NCBI GenBank assembly: GCA_963706795.1
Contig: OY970170.1
Coordinates: 420,001-452,000 of the forward strand
Source of the DNA: Candidatus Saccharimonadota bacterium
GTDB lineage: Bacteria; Patescibacteriota; Gracilibacteria; BD1-5; UBA2023
DNA length: 32,000 nt
Reading direction: 5' to 3'
Shown here: piece by piece, positions 1-8,850 of the stretch
How positions within the stretch are numbered: position 1 is the stretch's first letter
Layout of the letters: every line of letters starts with the position of its first letter
The notes under the pieces: model-generated
The model's input: the letters and a program-made list of their open reading frames with translations, nothing else
Told to the model about the DNA's origin: nothing
Database searches by the model: none
Translations under genes and position numbers: made by a program

Positions 1-234
1 GAAGATTGATTGAGAAGTAGAAGTGGATGAGAGTTTTTTGACGTATCTTTTTTTTGACTTAAACTTCGTTCAAATCCTAAAATCACCCGCATGAACTGAA
101 CCAATCACTCTCGGTCTCGCAACGGAAAAATTGATTTAAATCAACTCCCCAAGGAGGAAGACCTCGCAAGAGCCGTTTTTGAGGCCGAATTAAAAGCCGA
201 GTCATGTGCTGGATGAAGTCATGGGACGCAGATA

Positions 235-729
235 ATGTCAGGTAAAAGTCTAAATGCTCGGATATCTGCCTATAAAGATGCTTTCGCGAGCGGAGAGATA
301 CAAAAAACCTACCAAAATTTGGTCGCTATTGTTCAAAATCTTAGAACTGATTTTTTCAAAACGTATATAGGTGAGTACTCAGTAACAAGCGTACTGCATG
401 GCTATATAGATTTCACTTATTTTTATCTACAAAATGACTACCTCAAAAAGCGCAAGCTTAAGCTAGCTATCGTACTTAATCACCATCAAGCACACTTTGA
501 GCTTTGGCTACTTGGACAAACAAAGGATGTTCAGATTAGTTACTGGGAAAAATTGAAAGGTGTGAAGTGGGTAAACGAAAATACAATGCCAGAATGGTCA
601 ATTTTCGAAATAGTAATGCTTACCGAGCTTGATTTTGACGATCCTAAAAAGCTAACAGAATCTCTTCATGGTTCATTTAGAGTTCTTTCAAAAGATATTT
701 TTGACACACTCGCAGCATATGAGCGTTAG
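235..729 (+). CDS. hypothetical protein, 164 aa, no family recognised
   Basis: Uninterrupted ATG-to-TAG ORF with no in-frame TGA. Under table 25 the frame stays open upstream to the window edge, but that translation is not protein-like, so ATG 235 is kept. Confidence 0.55.
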   Translation: MSGKSLNARISAYKDAFASGEIQKTYQNLVAIVQNLRTDFFKTYIGEYSVTSVLHGYIDFTYFYLQNDYLKKRKLKLAIVLNHHQAHFELWLLGQTKDVQISYWEKLKGVKWVNENTMPEWSIFEIVMLTELDFDDPKKLTESLHGSFRVLSKDIFDTLAAYER

Positions 730-863
730 AGCAAAACAGGTGGCTTAGATTGATTCGTTATTTCTACCTGTAGAAATAGTCTTCTGGTCTAGAGTCTTGC
801 AAAATACTTGCCCCACATCCAGATAGATGAACGAATAGGATAGAGGATTTTAGATTTCGAAAG

Positions 864-890
864 AAAAAAGGCCTAATACAGGCCTTTTTT
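864..890. terminator. bidirectional rho-independent terminator
   Basis: AAAAAA-GGCC-taataca-GGCC-TTTTTT hairpin. The uvrB TAG stop (873..875) lies in the stem/loop. A/T runs flank both sides. Confidence 0.6.
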
Positions 891-2837
891 CTTTCTGCGG
901 AGTTCAATGAGCACATCTCGGATTTCACCCGCTCGTTCAAAGTCGAGATTGGAAGCGGCGACGTCCATTTCGAGTTCGAATCGTTTGATTTGAGTCTCGA
1001 GTTTTTCGCCGGTTGTTTCGGCAAGATCATCGGTTTTTTTACCTTTGAGGCTGAGCTCTTTGATTGACGAGATGATTGTTGTAGGAGTAATACCATGCTC
1101 GAGATTGTAGCTATGCTGGATTTCACGACGTCGATTTGTTTCACCAATAGCATCTACCATCGCAGCAGAGAGCTTCTTTTGATGAGAATACATCACTACC
1201 TTTCCATTTGAGTTACGCGCGGCACGACCGACGATCTGTAGAAGAGCTGAGGTGGATCGCAAAAATCCGATCTTTTCGGCATCCAAAATCGCAATGAACG
1301 AAACTTCTGGTAGGTCGAGACCTTCTCGTAGAAGATTAACTCCAACGATTACTTCGATTTTTCCGAGACGCAGATCACGAAGGATTTCGAGGCGTTCGAT
1401 GGTTTCGATTTCGGAGTGGAGATAGCGGACTTTGATCCCGTTGCCTGCTAGATATTCTGCAAGTTCTTCACTCGATTTTTTGGTGAGCGTGGTAATAAGC
1501 GCACGTTCATCTCTCGCTCGTGTCTCGACAAGATGTTGCATGATAGAGTCAACCATGTGCTCCATGTCCTCAATCTCAATGATCGGATCAAGAAGTCCCG
1601 TCGGTCGGATAATCTGTTCAAATATCCCACATTCCTGGGCGGCTTCGTATTTGGATGGAGTTGCAGAAACAAAGACAGCCTGGCCGATTTTTTGCTCAAA
1701 TTCTGGGAATTGTAGAGGGCGATTTTCGAGTGCAGACGGGAGACGGAATCCATATTCGACGAGATTCATCTTGCGAGAACGGTCACCTGCATACATTCCG
1801 CCAATCTGAGGAATCGTAATATGCGACTCATCGATAAAAGTGAGATAGTCCTTTGGGAAGAAATCTAAAAGCGTACTTGGCGTCATACCAGGACTTCGTC
1901 TGGAGAGATACATCGAGTAGTTCTCGACCCCATTTACATATCCAACTTCTTGGAGCATTTCGAGATCATATTCGGTCTTCATTTTGATGCGCTCAGCTTC
2001 TAGGAGTTTGCCATTTTCTCTAAAGAATTTTACGCGCTCTTCGAGCTCTGCGCGTATCAGAGGCACCATCTCAGCAACTGTATCTGGTGATGCAACAAAG
2101 TGCTTTGCAGGGAATATTGTCACCGTATCTACCGTCTCAATTGGCATATTTGTGAGAGCTTCTTTCCAGAGGATTCGTTCGAGTTCTTCTCCAAAAAAAT
2201 CGAGCACTAAAATATGTTCGCTCGATGATGGAAATATCTCGAGCGTATCACCCATAACACGGAACATTCCTGGCTTAAAATCTGCTCCAGAGCGCCTGAA
2301 TTGCAGAGATACCAATTGTCCGAGTATTGTCTCGATACTATATTGCTTCCCCTTAGTAAATCCGATCGTGTGCCCCTGATATTCCGCCACTTCACCGATA
2401 CCATAAATACACGAAACCGAAGCCACAATAATAACATCTCGTCTCGTGAGCAGGCTCTCAGTCGCAGCATGACGAAGACGGTCGATTTCTTCGTTGATAG
2501 TGGATTCTTTTTCGATATAGGTTGCGGTCTTTACGACGAAGGCTTCTGGCTGATAGTAGTCGTAATACGACACAAAATAATGCACCGCATTGTCCGGAAA
2601 AAATTCTTTGAATTCTTGGGCGAGCTGCGCAGTGAGTGTTTTGTTATGTGCCAAAACAAGCGTTGGACGCTGCAATCGTTCAATAATATTCGCCATCGTA
2701 AAAGTCTTCCCCGAGCCGGTAACTCCGAGAAGTGTTTGGTATTTATTCCCTGCATTGATCGAATCAACCAGGCCTTCTATCGCCTTTGGCTGATCACCAG
2801 TTGGGAGGTATTTTGAGTGGAGTTTGAATTTTTTCAT
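873..2837 (-). CDS. uvrB: excinuclease ABC subunit B
   Basis: 654-aa ORF with N-terminal Walker A (GVTGSGKTFTMA), helicase motifs throughout and a C-terminal UVR motif (ELEMDVAASNLDFERAGEIRD). Stop is TAG. Confidence 0.97.
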   Translation of the reverse strand: MKKFKLHSKYLPTGDQPKAIEGLVDSINAGNKYQTLLGVTGSGKTFTMANIIERLQRPTLVLAHNKTLTAQLAQEFKEFFPDNAVHYFVSYYDYYQPEAFVVKTATYIEKESTINEEIDRLRHAATESLLTRRDVIIVASVSCIYGIGEVAEYQGHTIGFTKGKQYSIETILGQLVSLQFRRSGADFKPGMFRVMGDTLEIFPSSSEHILVLDFFGEELERILWKEALTNMPIETVDTVTIFPAKHFVASPDTVAEMVPLIRAELEERVKFFRENGKLLEAERIKMKTEYDLEMLQEVGYVNGVENYSMYLSRRSPGMTPSTLLDFFPKDYLTFIDESHITIPQIGGMYAGDRSRKMNLVEYGFRLPSALENRPLQFPEFEQKIGQAVFVSATPSKYEAAQECGIFEQIIRPTGLLDPIIEIEDMEHMVDSIMQHLVETRARDERALITTLTKKSSEELAEYLAGNGIKVRYLHSEIETIERLEILRDLRLGKIEVIVGVNLLREGLDLPEVSFIAILDAEKIGFLRSTSALLQIVGRAARNSNGKVVMYSHQKKLSAAMVDAIGETNRRREIQHSYNLEHGITPTTIISSIKELSLKGKKTDDLAETTGEKLETQIKRFELEMDVAASNLDFERAGEIRDVLIELRRKKKGLY

Positions 2838-2853
2838 AGCACGACAGTATAGA

Positions 2854-2892
2854 CAAAAATACCCATAAAGAAAAGTCTTATATGGGTATTTT
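2854..2892 (-). terminator. rho-independent terminator downstream of rsmA
   Basis: 11-bp inverted repeat AAATACCCATA (2857..2867) / TATGGGTATTT (2881..2891), followed on the minus strand by a T run. It lies between the rsmA stop and the uvrB start. Confidence 0.55.
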
Positions 2893-2929
2893 GAGTTATT
2901 TTCATCTGCTCATTACGAACATTTTGAGA

Positions 2930-3751
2930 CTATATCCCACTCTCTGACAATGCTCTCCAAGTTTCTAGATCTAATTCTGCTGGACGCGCTTGGAGCGAAA
3001 TTTGGAGTTTTTCAAAAAGAGAAGTGACAAGCTCCTTTGAAGCACCAAGTCCAGAAACCAAATTGGAACTCAAAAATTTGCGTGGATGGAGAAATCCCAC
3101 CGAGAGCACCTTCAAAAACTTGGTGTCGAATTCGAGAGATCCCTTTGGTCTCGTTACAAAATGAAGAACGCTCGACTCGACCTTGGGCGCAGGGATAAAA
3201 TTACCTGGAGCAACTCGCATAATCTCGGAGACAGATTCACAAGCATGCGAACAATAGAGTGAAAAATATGATGGTTTAAAACCGCTCGCGAGTCGAATTT
3301 TGTCGCCCACTTCGCGCTGCATGAGGATAACCATCTCACTCGGACGCACCGTTGTCTGATAAAAAAACCTAAAGAGGATTGGCGAAGTAATATAGTACGG
3401 AATGTTCGCTATAACAACGGCTTCTTGAATGAGATCATACGTGAGCACATCCTGCTCGAGAATCTCGAGCTCAGTACCCTCAGGAACTCGGATATCGCCG
3501 CGTGCAAGACGATCTCTCAGGATGCGAACCATATTTGGATCGTATTCGATGAGGGTAAGTTTTTTTGGATTTTGTTCGAGGAGTTTTTCGGTGAGAGCAC
3601 CGTATCCTGGTCCGACTTCTATGACATTTTTACCAGCAATACTCGCAACTCCTGCAATTTTTTCGAGGATGCCATCCTGGATCAAAAAATTCTGGCCGAG
3701 AGATTTTTTGGCGTTAATTGCATAATGCGCGAGGATTTCGGTGTGTTTCAT
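2930..3751 (-). CDS. rsmA: 16S rRNA (adenine1518/1519-N6)-dimethyltransferase
   Basis: 273 aa with KKSLGQNFL, SAM motif VIEVGPGYGALT and NIPYYITSP, all typical of KsgA/RsmA. Stop is TAG. Confidence 0.93.
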   Translation of the reverse strand: MKHTEILAHYAINAKKSLGQNFLIQDGILEKIAGVASIAGKNVIEVGPGYGALTEKLLEQNPKKLTLIEYDPNMVRILRDRLARGDIRVPEGTELEILEQDVLTYDLIQEAVVIANIPYYITSPILFRFFYQTTVRPSEMVILMQREVGDKIRLASGFKPSYFSLYCSHACESVSEIMRVAPGNFIPAPKVESSVLHFVTRPKGSLEFDTKFLKVLSVGFLHPRKFLSSNLVSGLGASKELVTSLFEKLQISLQARPAELDLETWRALSESGI

Positions 3752-3793
3752 TGAAGGATTTGGAATCTCAAAAATCGATAATACGTCCAGATT

Positions 3794-4519
3794 TTAATGG
3801 TTTTGAATCTTGGTCTTTGAAGGCCATTTATCCTTAATACGAGCAAGTTCACCGATATAGATCATCCACTCGGTCAAAAAATTCTCATATTGATCCTTGA
3901 GCTTGGTAGTGAATGACGCAGTATCATTAGAATAACTCGTCACTACATTGCTCGTCGCAATGAGGAGAGCAATGTCACGGTAAGCATTCATCTTGGTTTG
4001 TGCGAGACCTTGACACTGATTGCCGCCTTGCAAAAATACCGGCGTAGCACCATCCGTTGTGACTCCTCCCGAAAATGAAGCGATGGTTTCTCTGAGTGGA
4101 TTTCCTGCAGTTTCGAGGTCCGAACAGACCTTGAGATAGCGCTTAAAATAGGTGGGGCTTGGACTTGTGAGATCGAACCAGTTTTTGATTTTTGTACTCA
4201 TTGCGAGTACATCCTTTGATTTGGTTTGCTGGAATTGCTTGAGTTCTTGTTTGATTTCTTTGTCGATTTTTTGGAACTCGAGATCGAGGACAACTTGATA
4301 GGCAATATCCTGCGGCAGCTTGACTCATTCTGGACAAACAAAATTCTCGATATTGCGGGGGTTTCCGCTTTTCACTGCTTCTAAACACTGAGTGATTTGA
4401 CCTGAATACTTGCTCTCGAGCTTTGGAGCGGCAAATGCATGAAACACAAAAAAACCAGCGAGCAACACACCAAAAAGTGTGGTCGCAAGTCAAAATACGA
4501 ATCGTATTAGTCTTTTCAT
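3794..4519 (-). CDS. secreted or membrane-anchored hypothetical protein, 241 aa under table 25
   Basis: Track ORF 3794..4201 extends upstream in the same frame through TGA codons at 4325..4327 and 4490..4492 to ATG 4519. The N-terminus MKRLIRFVFGLATTLFGVLLAGFFVFHAFA looks like a signal peptide or TM anchor. Stop is TAA. Confidence 0.75.
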
Positions 4520-4788
4520 TTACGGAAAAATCGAGAAAAAATCCGCTTGATGATACCTTCTTTTTTTGGCTTTTCAACACCGAAGACGAGCATACGGAGA
4601 ACGGAACCAATGCTGTGTTTATCGGATTCTTGGAGGATTTTTTCTTTAGCCTGCTCTACTGCTTGGTCCGATTTTTTGATACCATAAATCGATGCGACGA
4701 TACCACCGAGGATGAGTCCAGTGACGAGGGCATCCATTTTTTTGATACCCCTTTTTGTGAGTGCTTTATTGCTGCCTTGGCCAAACAT
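4507..4788 (-). CDS. small membrane protein, 93 aa (possibly YtxH-like)
   Basis: Track ORF 4516..4788 stops at a TGA; read as Gly, it ends at TAA 4507..4509. One hydrophobic helix (ALVTGLILGGIVASIYGI). The start ATG overlaps the hsp20 TAA (TAATG). Confidence 0.55.
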
Positions 4789-5225
4789 TATGATTCGAGC
4801 TTGTTAATCTTGATGGTCTTTGATGGGAATGTGAGTTTTGCAACGCTGACGGTCAGGAGATTGTTCTCCATGGTTGCATGTATCTTATTAAACGCGAGGT
4901 TTTCAGGAAGAATGACCGAGCGTGAAAATGGCCCAAAGAAGCATTCTTCTACCAAAATACGTCCTGATTGTGCATAGACATCAGGGCGAACACGCTCACC
5001 AGAAATCGTCAGAATATTGCGAGTGACAGTAATATCAATATCAGCGATATCCACTCCCGCAAGCGGTGCAACGATGGTGATGTTTTCTTCGAGGTCGAGA
5101 ATATCGAGCGCAACCTGCCCCACATCAGCATCCGGAAGCTCTTCGTCCGAGTGCTCAATATGAATATGGCCATCGCCATGATGCGACTCCTCTTCGTCTT
5201 CTTTTAAGTGGAAAAACTTGAACAT
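4788..5225 (-). CDS. hsp20: Hsp20/alpha-crystallin family small heat-shock protein
   Basis: 145 aa with an alpha-crystallin domain pattern (ITIVAPLAGVDIADIDITVTRNILTISGER ... GPFSRSVILPENL ... NNLLTVSVAK). Stop is TAA. Confidence 0.9.
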   Translation of the reverse strand: MFKFFHLKEDEEESHHGDGHIHIEHSDEELPDADVGQVALDILDLEENITIVAPLAGVDIADIDITVTRNILTISGERVRPDVYAQSGRILVEECFFGPFSRSVILPENLAFNKIHATMENNLLTVSVAKLTFPSKTIKINKLES

Positions 5226-5265
5226 AGTGCGGAAAATACCCCGATGGTACTTCGACCTCCGGTTT

Positions 5266-5294
5266 TTGCAAATTTTTCACGAGCATGATACACT
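5266..5294 (+). promoter_or_regulatory. sigma70-like promoter for pilC (TTGCAA-N17-TACACT)
   Basis: -35 TTGCAA at 5266..5271, 17-nt spacer, -10 TACACT at 5289..5294. The pilC ATG at 5301 is only 7 nt downstream, which implies a leaderless or near-leaderless mRNA. Confidence 0.35.
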
Positions 5295-5300
5295 CACTGT

Positions 5301-6503
5301 ATGCAGATGAATGCTCTCACCGCCCGACTTTCGTCCCTCTTTAGAAAACCCGAGTCCACTGGGGTTGATATTGCGTCGACCGCAAATACCACGAGCATCA
5401 AGCTCTCACGCCAAGAAAAGATCTTTTTTCTCGATACGATCGGCAGCCTCATCGAGGCAGGAATCCCAATTATCAAAGCGCTTCAGCTTCTCTATTTTCA
5501 GTCCAAGAAAAAGTCCATCCAAAATCTCGCTGCGCTTCTCAAAATAGAGATCGAGAAGGGGCGAAGTCTCTCAGATATTGCTCGGGATCTCCCAAAAGTA
5601 TTTTCGGTTTTTGATGCTGCGATGTTTGAAATGGGAGACGCCACAGGACAAATCGGATCGATATTTCAGACGCTCACAAATAAAGAAGAAAAGACTCTGG
5701 AGCTCGAACGAAAAGTTATGGGTGCGCTCGTCTACCCGATTGCCATCGTGATGGTCGCGTTTTTGATGATTACAATCCTCCTGGTCTACGTCATACCTCG
5801 TATCGAGACAATCTATAAAGAAGCTCACACCAGCCTCCCTGCTCTCACGACTGCTGTGATCGGAGCTTCGCACTTTCTGCGGGATTACGGACTCTTTGTG
5901 CTTGTAGGATTCGCTGCAATTGGTTTTGGTCTCAAGCTCGCGCTCCGCGAACCCAAAGTACGAAAAGAAGTCGATCGATTCATTCTCACGATTCCACTCT
6001 TTGGGGGAATTATTAAAGCAAAGATTCTTGTAATTTTCGCTGAATTTTTGTCTATTTTGCTCGATTCTGGGATTACGATCTACCGAGCACTCGACATTGT
6101 CGCCGCAGCCACGAACAATCTCTATTATCAGGAAGAAATTCAAGGACTCATCCACGATATCCGCACCGGTAAGCACCTATCACTCGCCATGGGCGGAGAC
6201 TACCTCGAAAGACGCATCAAATGAGAAGTTGTCACCGGCAAAGAAATGCAAGCATCGGCTCGTCGCCTCGATTGCTTCACTATCGAACTCTCCACAGCCG
6301 TAAAGGTCGGGGAACAAACTGGAACCCTCGCCGCTATGCTCGGCAAAGCCTCCAAACGCTACGAACGCGAAATCGATACAACCGTTAAATCGCTCTCGAG
6401 TCTCTTGGAGCCCATCGTCATCATCGTCATTGGAGCGATTGTTGGAGTGATTGTTCTCGCTATTATGATGCCATTCTTTAATATGGTGCAGGTAATTAAG
6501 TAA
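5301..6503 (+). CDS. pilC: type IV pilus assembly / type II secretion platform protein (PilC/GspF family)
   Basis: 400 aa once TGA 6222..6224 is read as Gly, joining track ORFs 5301..6224 and 6246..6503 (same frame). Two GspF-type repeats, TM helices and the typical C-terminus LLEPIVIIVIGAIVGVIVLAIMMPFFNM. Stop is TAA. Confidence 0.9.
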
Positions 6504-6511
6504 TACATTTT

Positions 6512-6880
6512 ATGAATCAAAGCACTTCGCAGCTCATAGAAAGCCTCGAGATCGAACTTCTACAGCCCGATACACGCTGATCTACCGAGCGACTCAATGA
6601 ACTTCTTACGGATGACTTCTTTGAATTTGGACAATCAGGAAATATTTATGTCAAAGCCGATACACTGGACCATGTTCCAAAAGAATCCAGACGAACTTTC
6701 CAGATGAGTGATTTTAAAATAACCGAATTATCTGAAGATGTCATGCTGGCTACTTACTATATAGAGTTCACAGACATATCTACCAGTGAGCGGAAGGAAT
6801 CACTACGAAGCTCCATTTGGAAATTCCGAGATGGACGATGGCAAATGGCTTTCCATCAGGGAACACTCATTCGGAAATAA
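6512..6880 (+). CDS. DUF4440 / NTF2-like (SnoaL-like) domain protein, 122 aa
   Basis: Absent from the standard-code track because of in-frame TGA 6578..6580. The pattern LL.PD.R.S.ERL..LL.DDFFEFGQSG...LATYY...SLRSSIW.F.DG.WQMAFHQGT matches the DUF4440 family. Stop is TAA. Confidence 0.75.
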
Positions 6881-6881
6881 T

Positions 6882-6907
6882 AAAAACGCACCATATGGTG
6901 CGTTTTT
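6882..6907. terminator. bidirectional rho-independent terminator between the DUF4440 gene and prfA
   Basis: AAAAACGCACCAtaTGGTGCGTTTTT, a perfect palindrome with A/T runs on both sides, lying between convergent genes. Confidence 0.7.
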
Positions 6908-6929
6908 ATTATTTAGGATTTTATTATTC

Positions 6930-8003
6930 TTATCCTCCACTCGCCTGTGCAAGTTTTGCGCTCTGGTCTGCGATTTGAAGAGCTTCGATAATGTGTCCGA
7001 GTCTTCCTTGCATGATGGCAGGAATATTGGAGAAACTCTCGTTAATGCGATGATCCGTCACGCGATCCTGTGGGAAATTATAAGTTCGGATTTTTTCAGA
7101 GCGGTCTCCGGTTCCAACCTGTGCGAGACGAACAACACCAAGTGCGGCATTGCGCTTTTCTTCTTCCATAGCGTAGACGCGGGCTCGCATGATTTCGAGG
7201 GCCTTCATCTTGTTTTGAAGCTGGGAACGTTCGTCCTGACATTCTACAACGATACCCGTTGGCATATGCACCATACGGATCGCGGAATTTGTCTTGTTGA
7301 CGTGCTGACCTCCAGCTCCACTGGCTCGGGATACTGAGATATCGAGGTCTTCATCACGGATTTCAACATCGAGAGCTTCCACCTCGGGCATGACTGCAAC
7401 CGTGATAGTACTCGTATGAACGCGACCTTTGTTTTCAGTTTCTGGAATTCGCTGAACACGATGGGTTCCTCCTTCAAATTTAAATTTGGAATAGGCTCCG
7501 TACCCCGAAACCTTGATGACCATTTCTTTGATTCCACCAACATCCGCACCGTTTTCGTCGAGGATTTCGAGTTGAAATCCTTCTGCCTGCGCATAGATCA
7601 TATATGCATTAGCAAGCTCGCGACCAAAGAGTGCAGCTTCGTCACCACCGGCTCCGGCTCTGATTTCGAGGATGATGTTTTTTTCATCATTTTTATCCTT
7701 GGGAAGCAGGGCGAGTTTGAGCTCTTCTTCGAGCGTCGAAATACGTGCTTCGCCTGTTGCAAGCTCTTCTTTGGCCATTGCGATCATGTCGGGATCTTTT
7801 TCGTTCGCAAGAAGATCCTTCGCATCCTGCATATTGGTGATGAGGCCTCGGTATTCGAGATAGAGTCCTACGGATTTTTCGAGGGACTTCTTTTTTTGCA
7901 TGACCTCTTTAAGCTTTTTTGGGTCAGCATAAATCGCACCGTCTTCGAGAGACTTTTCGAGTGCGTTATATTCGTCTACTAAATGGTCGAGTTCGAACTT
8001 CAT
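6930..8003 (-). CDS. prfA: peptide chain release factor 1
   Basis: 358 aa from ATG 8003. GGQ motif (SGAGGQHVNKT) and RF1-type PxT tripeptide (RIPETENKGRVHTS). The 62-codon upstream extension in track ORF 6930..8189 runs into tRNA-like DNA and is rejected. Stop is TAA. Confidence 0.95.
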   Translation of the reverse strand: MKFELDHLVDEYNALEKSLEDGAIYADPKKLKEVMQKKKSLEKSVGLYLEYRGLITNMQDAKDLLANEKDPDMIAMAKEELATGEARISTLEEELKLALLPKDKNDEKNIILEIRAGAGGDEAALFGRELANAYMIYAQAEGFQLEILDENGADVGGIKEMVIKVSGYGAYSKFKFEGGTHRVQRIPETENKGRVHTSTITVAVMPEVEALDVEIRDEDLDISVSRASGAGGQHVNKTNSAIRMVHMPTGIVVECQDERSQLQNKMKALEIMRARVYAMEEEKRNAALGVVRLAQVGTGDRSEKIRTYNFPQDRVTDHRINESFSNIPAIMQGRLGHIIEALQIADQSAKLAQASGG

Positions 8004-8092
8004 ATTTGAGAAATGCGGAGATTGTACGATGACCTCGCGAAAAGTCCAATTCTTTTGACAATAGAGGGATAATCGATACTCTCGGAAACGTT

Positions 8093-8120
8093 GCCCTGAG
8101 GGCGGAATGGTAGATGTGCG
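8093..8120 (+). pseudogene. truncated copy of the 5' part of tRNA-Leu
   Basis: GCCCTGAgGGCGGAATGGTAGAtG matches the first 24 nt of the intact tRNA-Leu at 8231 at 22 positions. It then diverges, and no matching 3' acceptor strand or foldable anticodon arm follows. Confidence 0.4.
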
Positions 8121-8230
8121 ACCTTGCGAAGCATGGAAGCCATACCCCCGAATACGAGCATCCGAACTCTGAAAGAGTCGGTGCGACATATGAGTGGGGT
8201 ACGCGGAATATTTGAAGATACGAATTACAT

Positions 8231-8314
8231 GCCCTGATGGCGGAATGGTAGACGCGGAGGACTCAAAATCCTCTTCCTTCGGGAGTGCGGGTTCGAGCCC
8301 CGCTTAGGGCACCA
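8231..8314 (+). tRNA. tRNA-Leu(CAA): tRNA-Leu, anticodon CAA
   Basis: Manual cloverleaf: acceptor GCCCTGA/TTAGGGC, anticodon arm GAGGA-CTCAAAA-TCCTC, long variable arm TCC-TTCG-GGA, T arm GCGGG-TTCGAGC-CCCGC, encoded CCA. Confidence 0.9.
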
Positions 8315-8613
8315 ATTGTTCAAAATTCTCGATATTCACGTTCAGACTTTACGTTCCTCGCTCGAAGTACTTACCAGTACATCTTCGCTTCGGTACTCAG
8401 TCTTCGCATGAATCTCTTCGTTTTTGAACAATTCACTAGGACACACTGTAGTAAATTGTTTTTGAAAACATCCCCAAAAGAAAGTCTTTAGACTTCTCAG
8501 AAACTGGCAAGTTTGTGTGAAAAGCGCGTACCGAAGCGAGACGTACCCATGCGCGTTGAGTGAGGAACACAGCTTTGAACGCAAAATTGACGTTTTATGA
8601 GAAGTCTACACCT

Positions 8614-8704
8614 GGAGAGATGGCAGAGTGGTTGAACGCGCTAGTCTCGAAAACTGGTATACCAGTCTCTGGTATCGAGGGTTCGAATCCCTCTCTCTCC
8701 GCCA
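8614..8704 (+). tRNA. tRNA-Ser(CGA): tRNA-Ser, anticodon CGA
   Basis: Acceptor GGAGAGA/TCTCTCC, anticodon loop CTCGAAA, long variable arm ATACCAG-TCT-CTGGTAT, T arm GAGGG-TTCGAAT-CCCTC, encoded GCCA end. Confidence 0.9.
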
Positions 8705-8723
8705 GAAAAAATCAATGAAACTT

Positions 8724-8747
8724 AAATACCCTATGAGGGTATTTTTT
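8724..8747 (+). terminator. rho-independent terminator after tRNA-Ser
   Basis: AATACCCT-atg-AGGGTATT followed by TTTTT. Confidence 0.6.
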
Positions 8748-8810
8748 AGAAAAAAGTGATAGAACTCGAATCGAGGGTAAAATGCACATGCGTTTTAAGA
8801 GTCCAACAAC

Positions 8811-8838
8811 TTGGACTCTGGCCCGAGGTGTCTATAAT
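8811..8838 (+). promoter_or_regulatory. sigma70-like promoter (TTGGAC-N16-TATAAT) for the ClbS-like gene
   Basis: Consensus -10 TATAAT at 8833..8838 and -35 TTGGAC at 8811..8816. The -35 sits in the 3' arm of a 9-bp perfect hairpin (AGAGTCCAA-caac-TTGGACTCT, about 8798..8819). The ATG is 12 nt after the -10. Confidence 0.45.
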
Positions 8839-8850
8839 TAGAGAAAAAAC

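Noticed and set aside
2-139. Frame-2 translation at the window start (KIDGEVEVDESFLTY...) resembles the G-x-VE-[IV]-DE-[ST]-[YF] motif of IS1595/ISXO2-like transposases. The frame-1 continuation (FFG..., RNGKI...) weakly resembles the following region.
   Set aside because: Only about 10 residues match convincingly, and the rest is at best a decayed, frameshifted remnant. That is not enough to call a mobile element, and there are no inverted repeats or target duplications to check in the window.
764-2816. Multiple ORFs of 60-170 aa overlapping uvrB on either strand (for example 764..1153, 1432..1809, 1984..2379, 2301..2816).
   Set aside because: They are shadow ORFs inside a strongly supported gene, with low-complexity or Ser/Arg-rich translations and no recognisable motifs. 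The same applies to ORFs overlapping rsmA, prfA, pilC, recA, dnaJ and the ORFan genes.
6930-8189. A long version of prfA starting at 8189 (419 aa).
   Set aside because: The extra 62 codons are not RF1-like and overlap the tRNA-like fragment. RF1 homology starts at MKFELDHL (ATG 8003).
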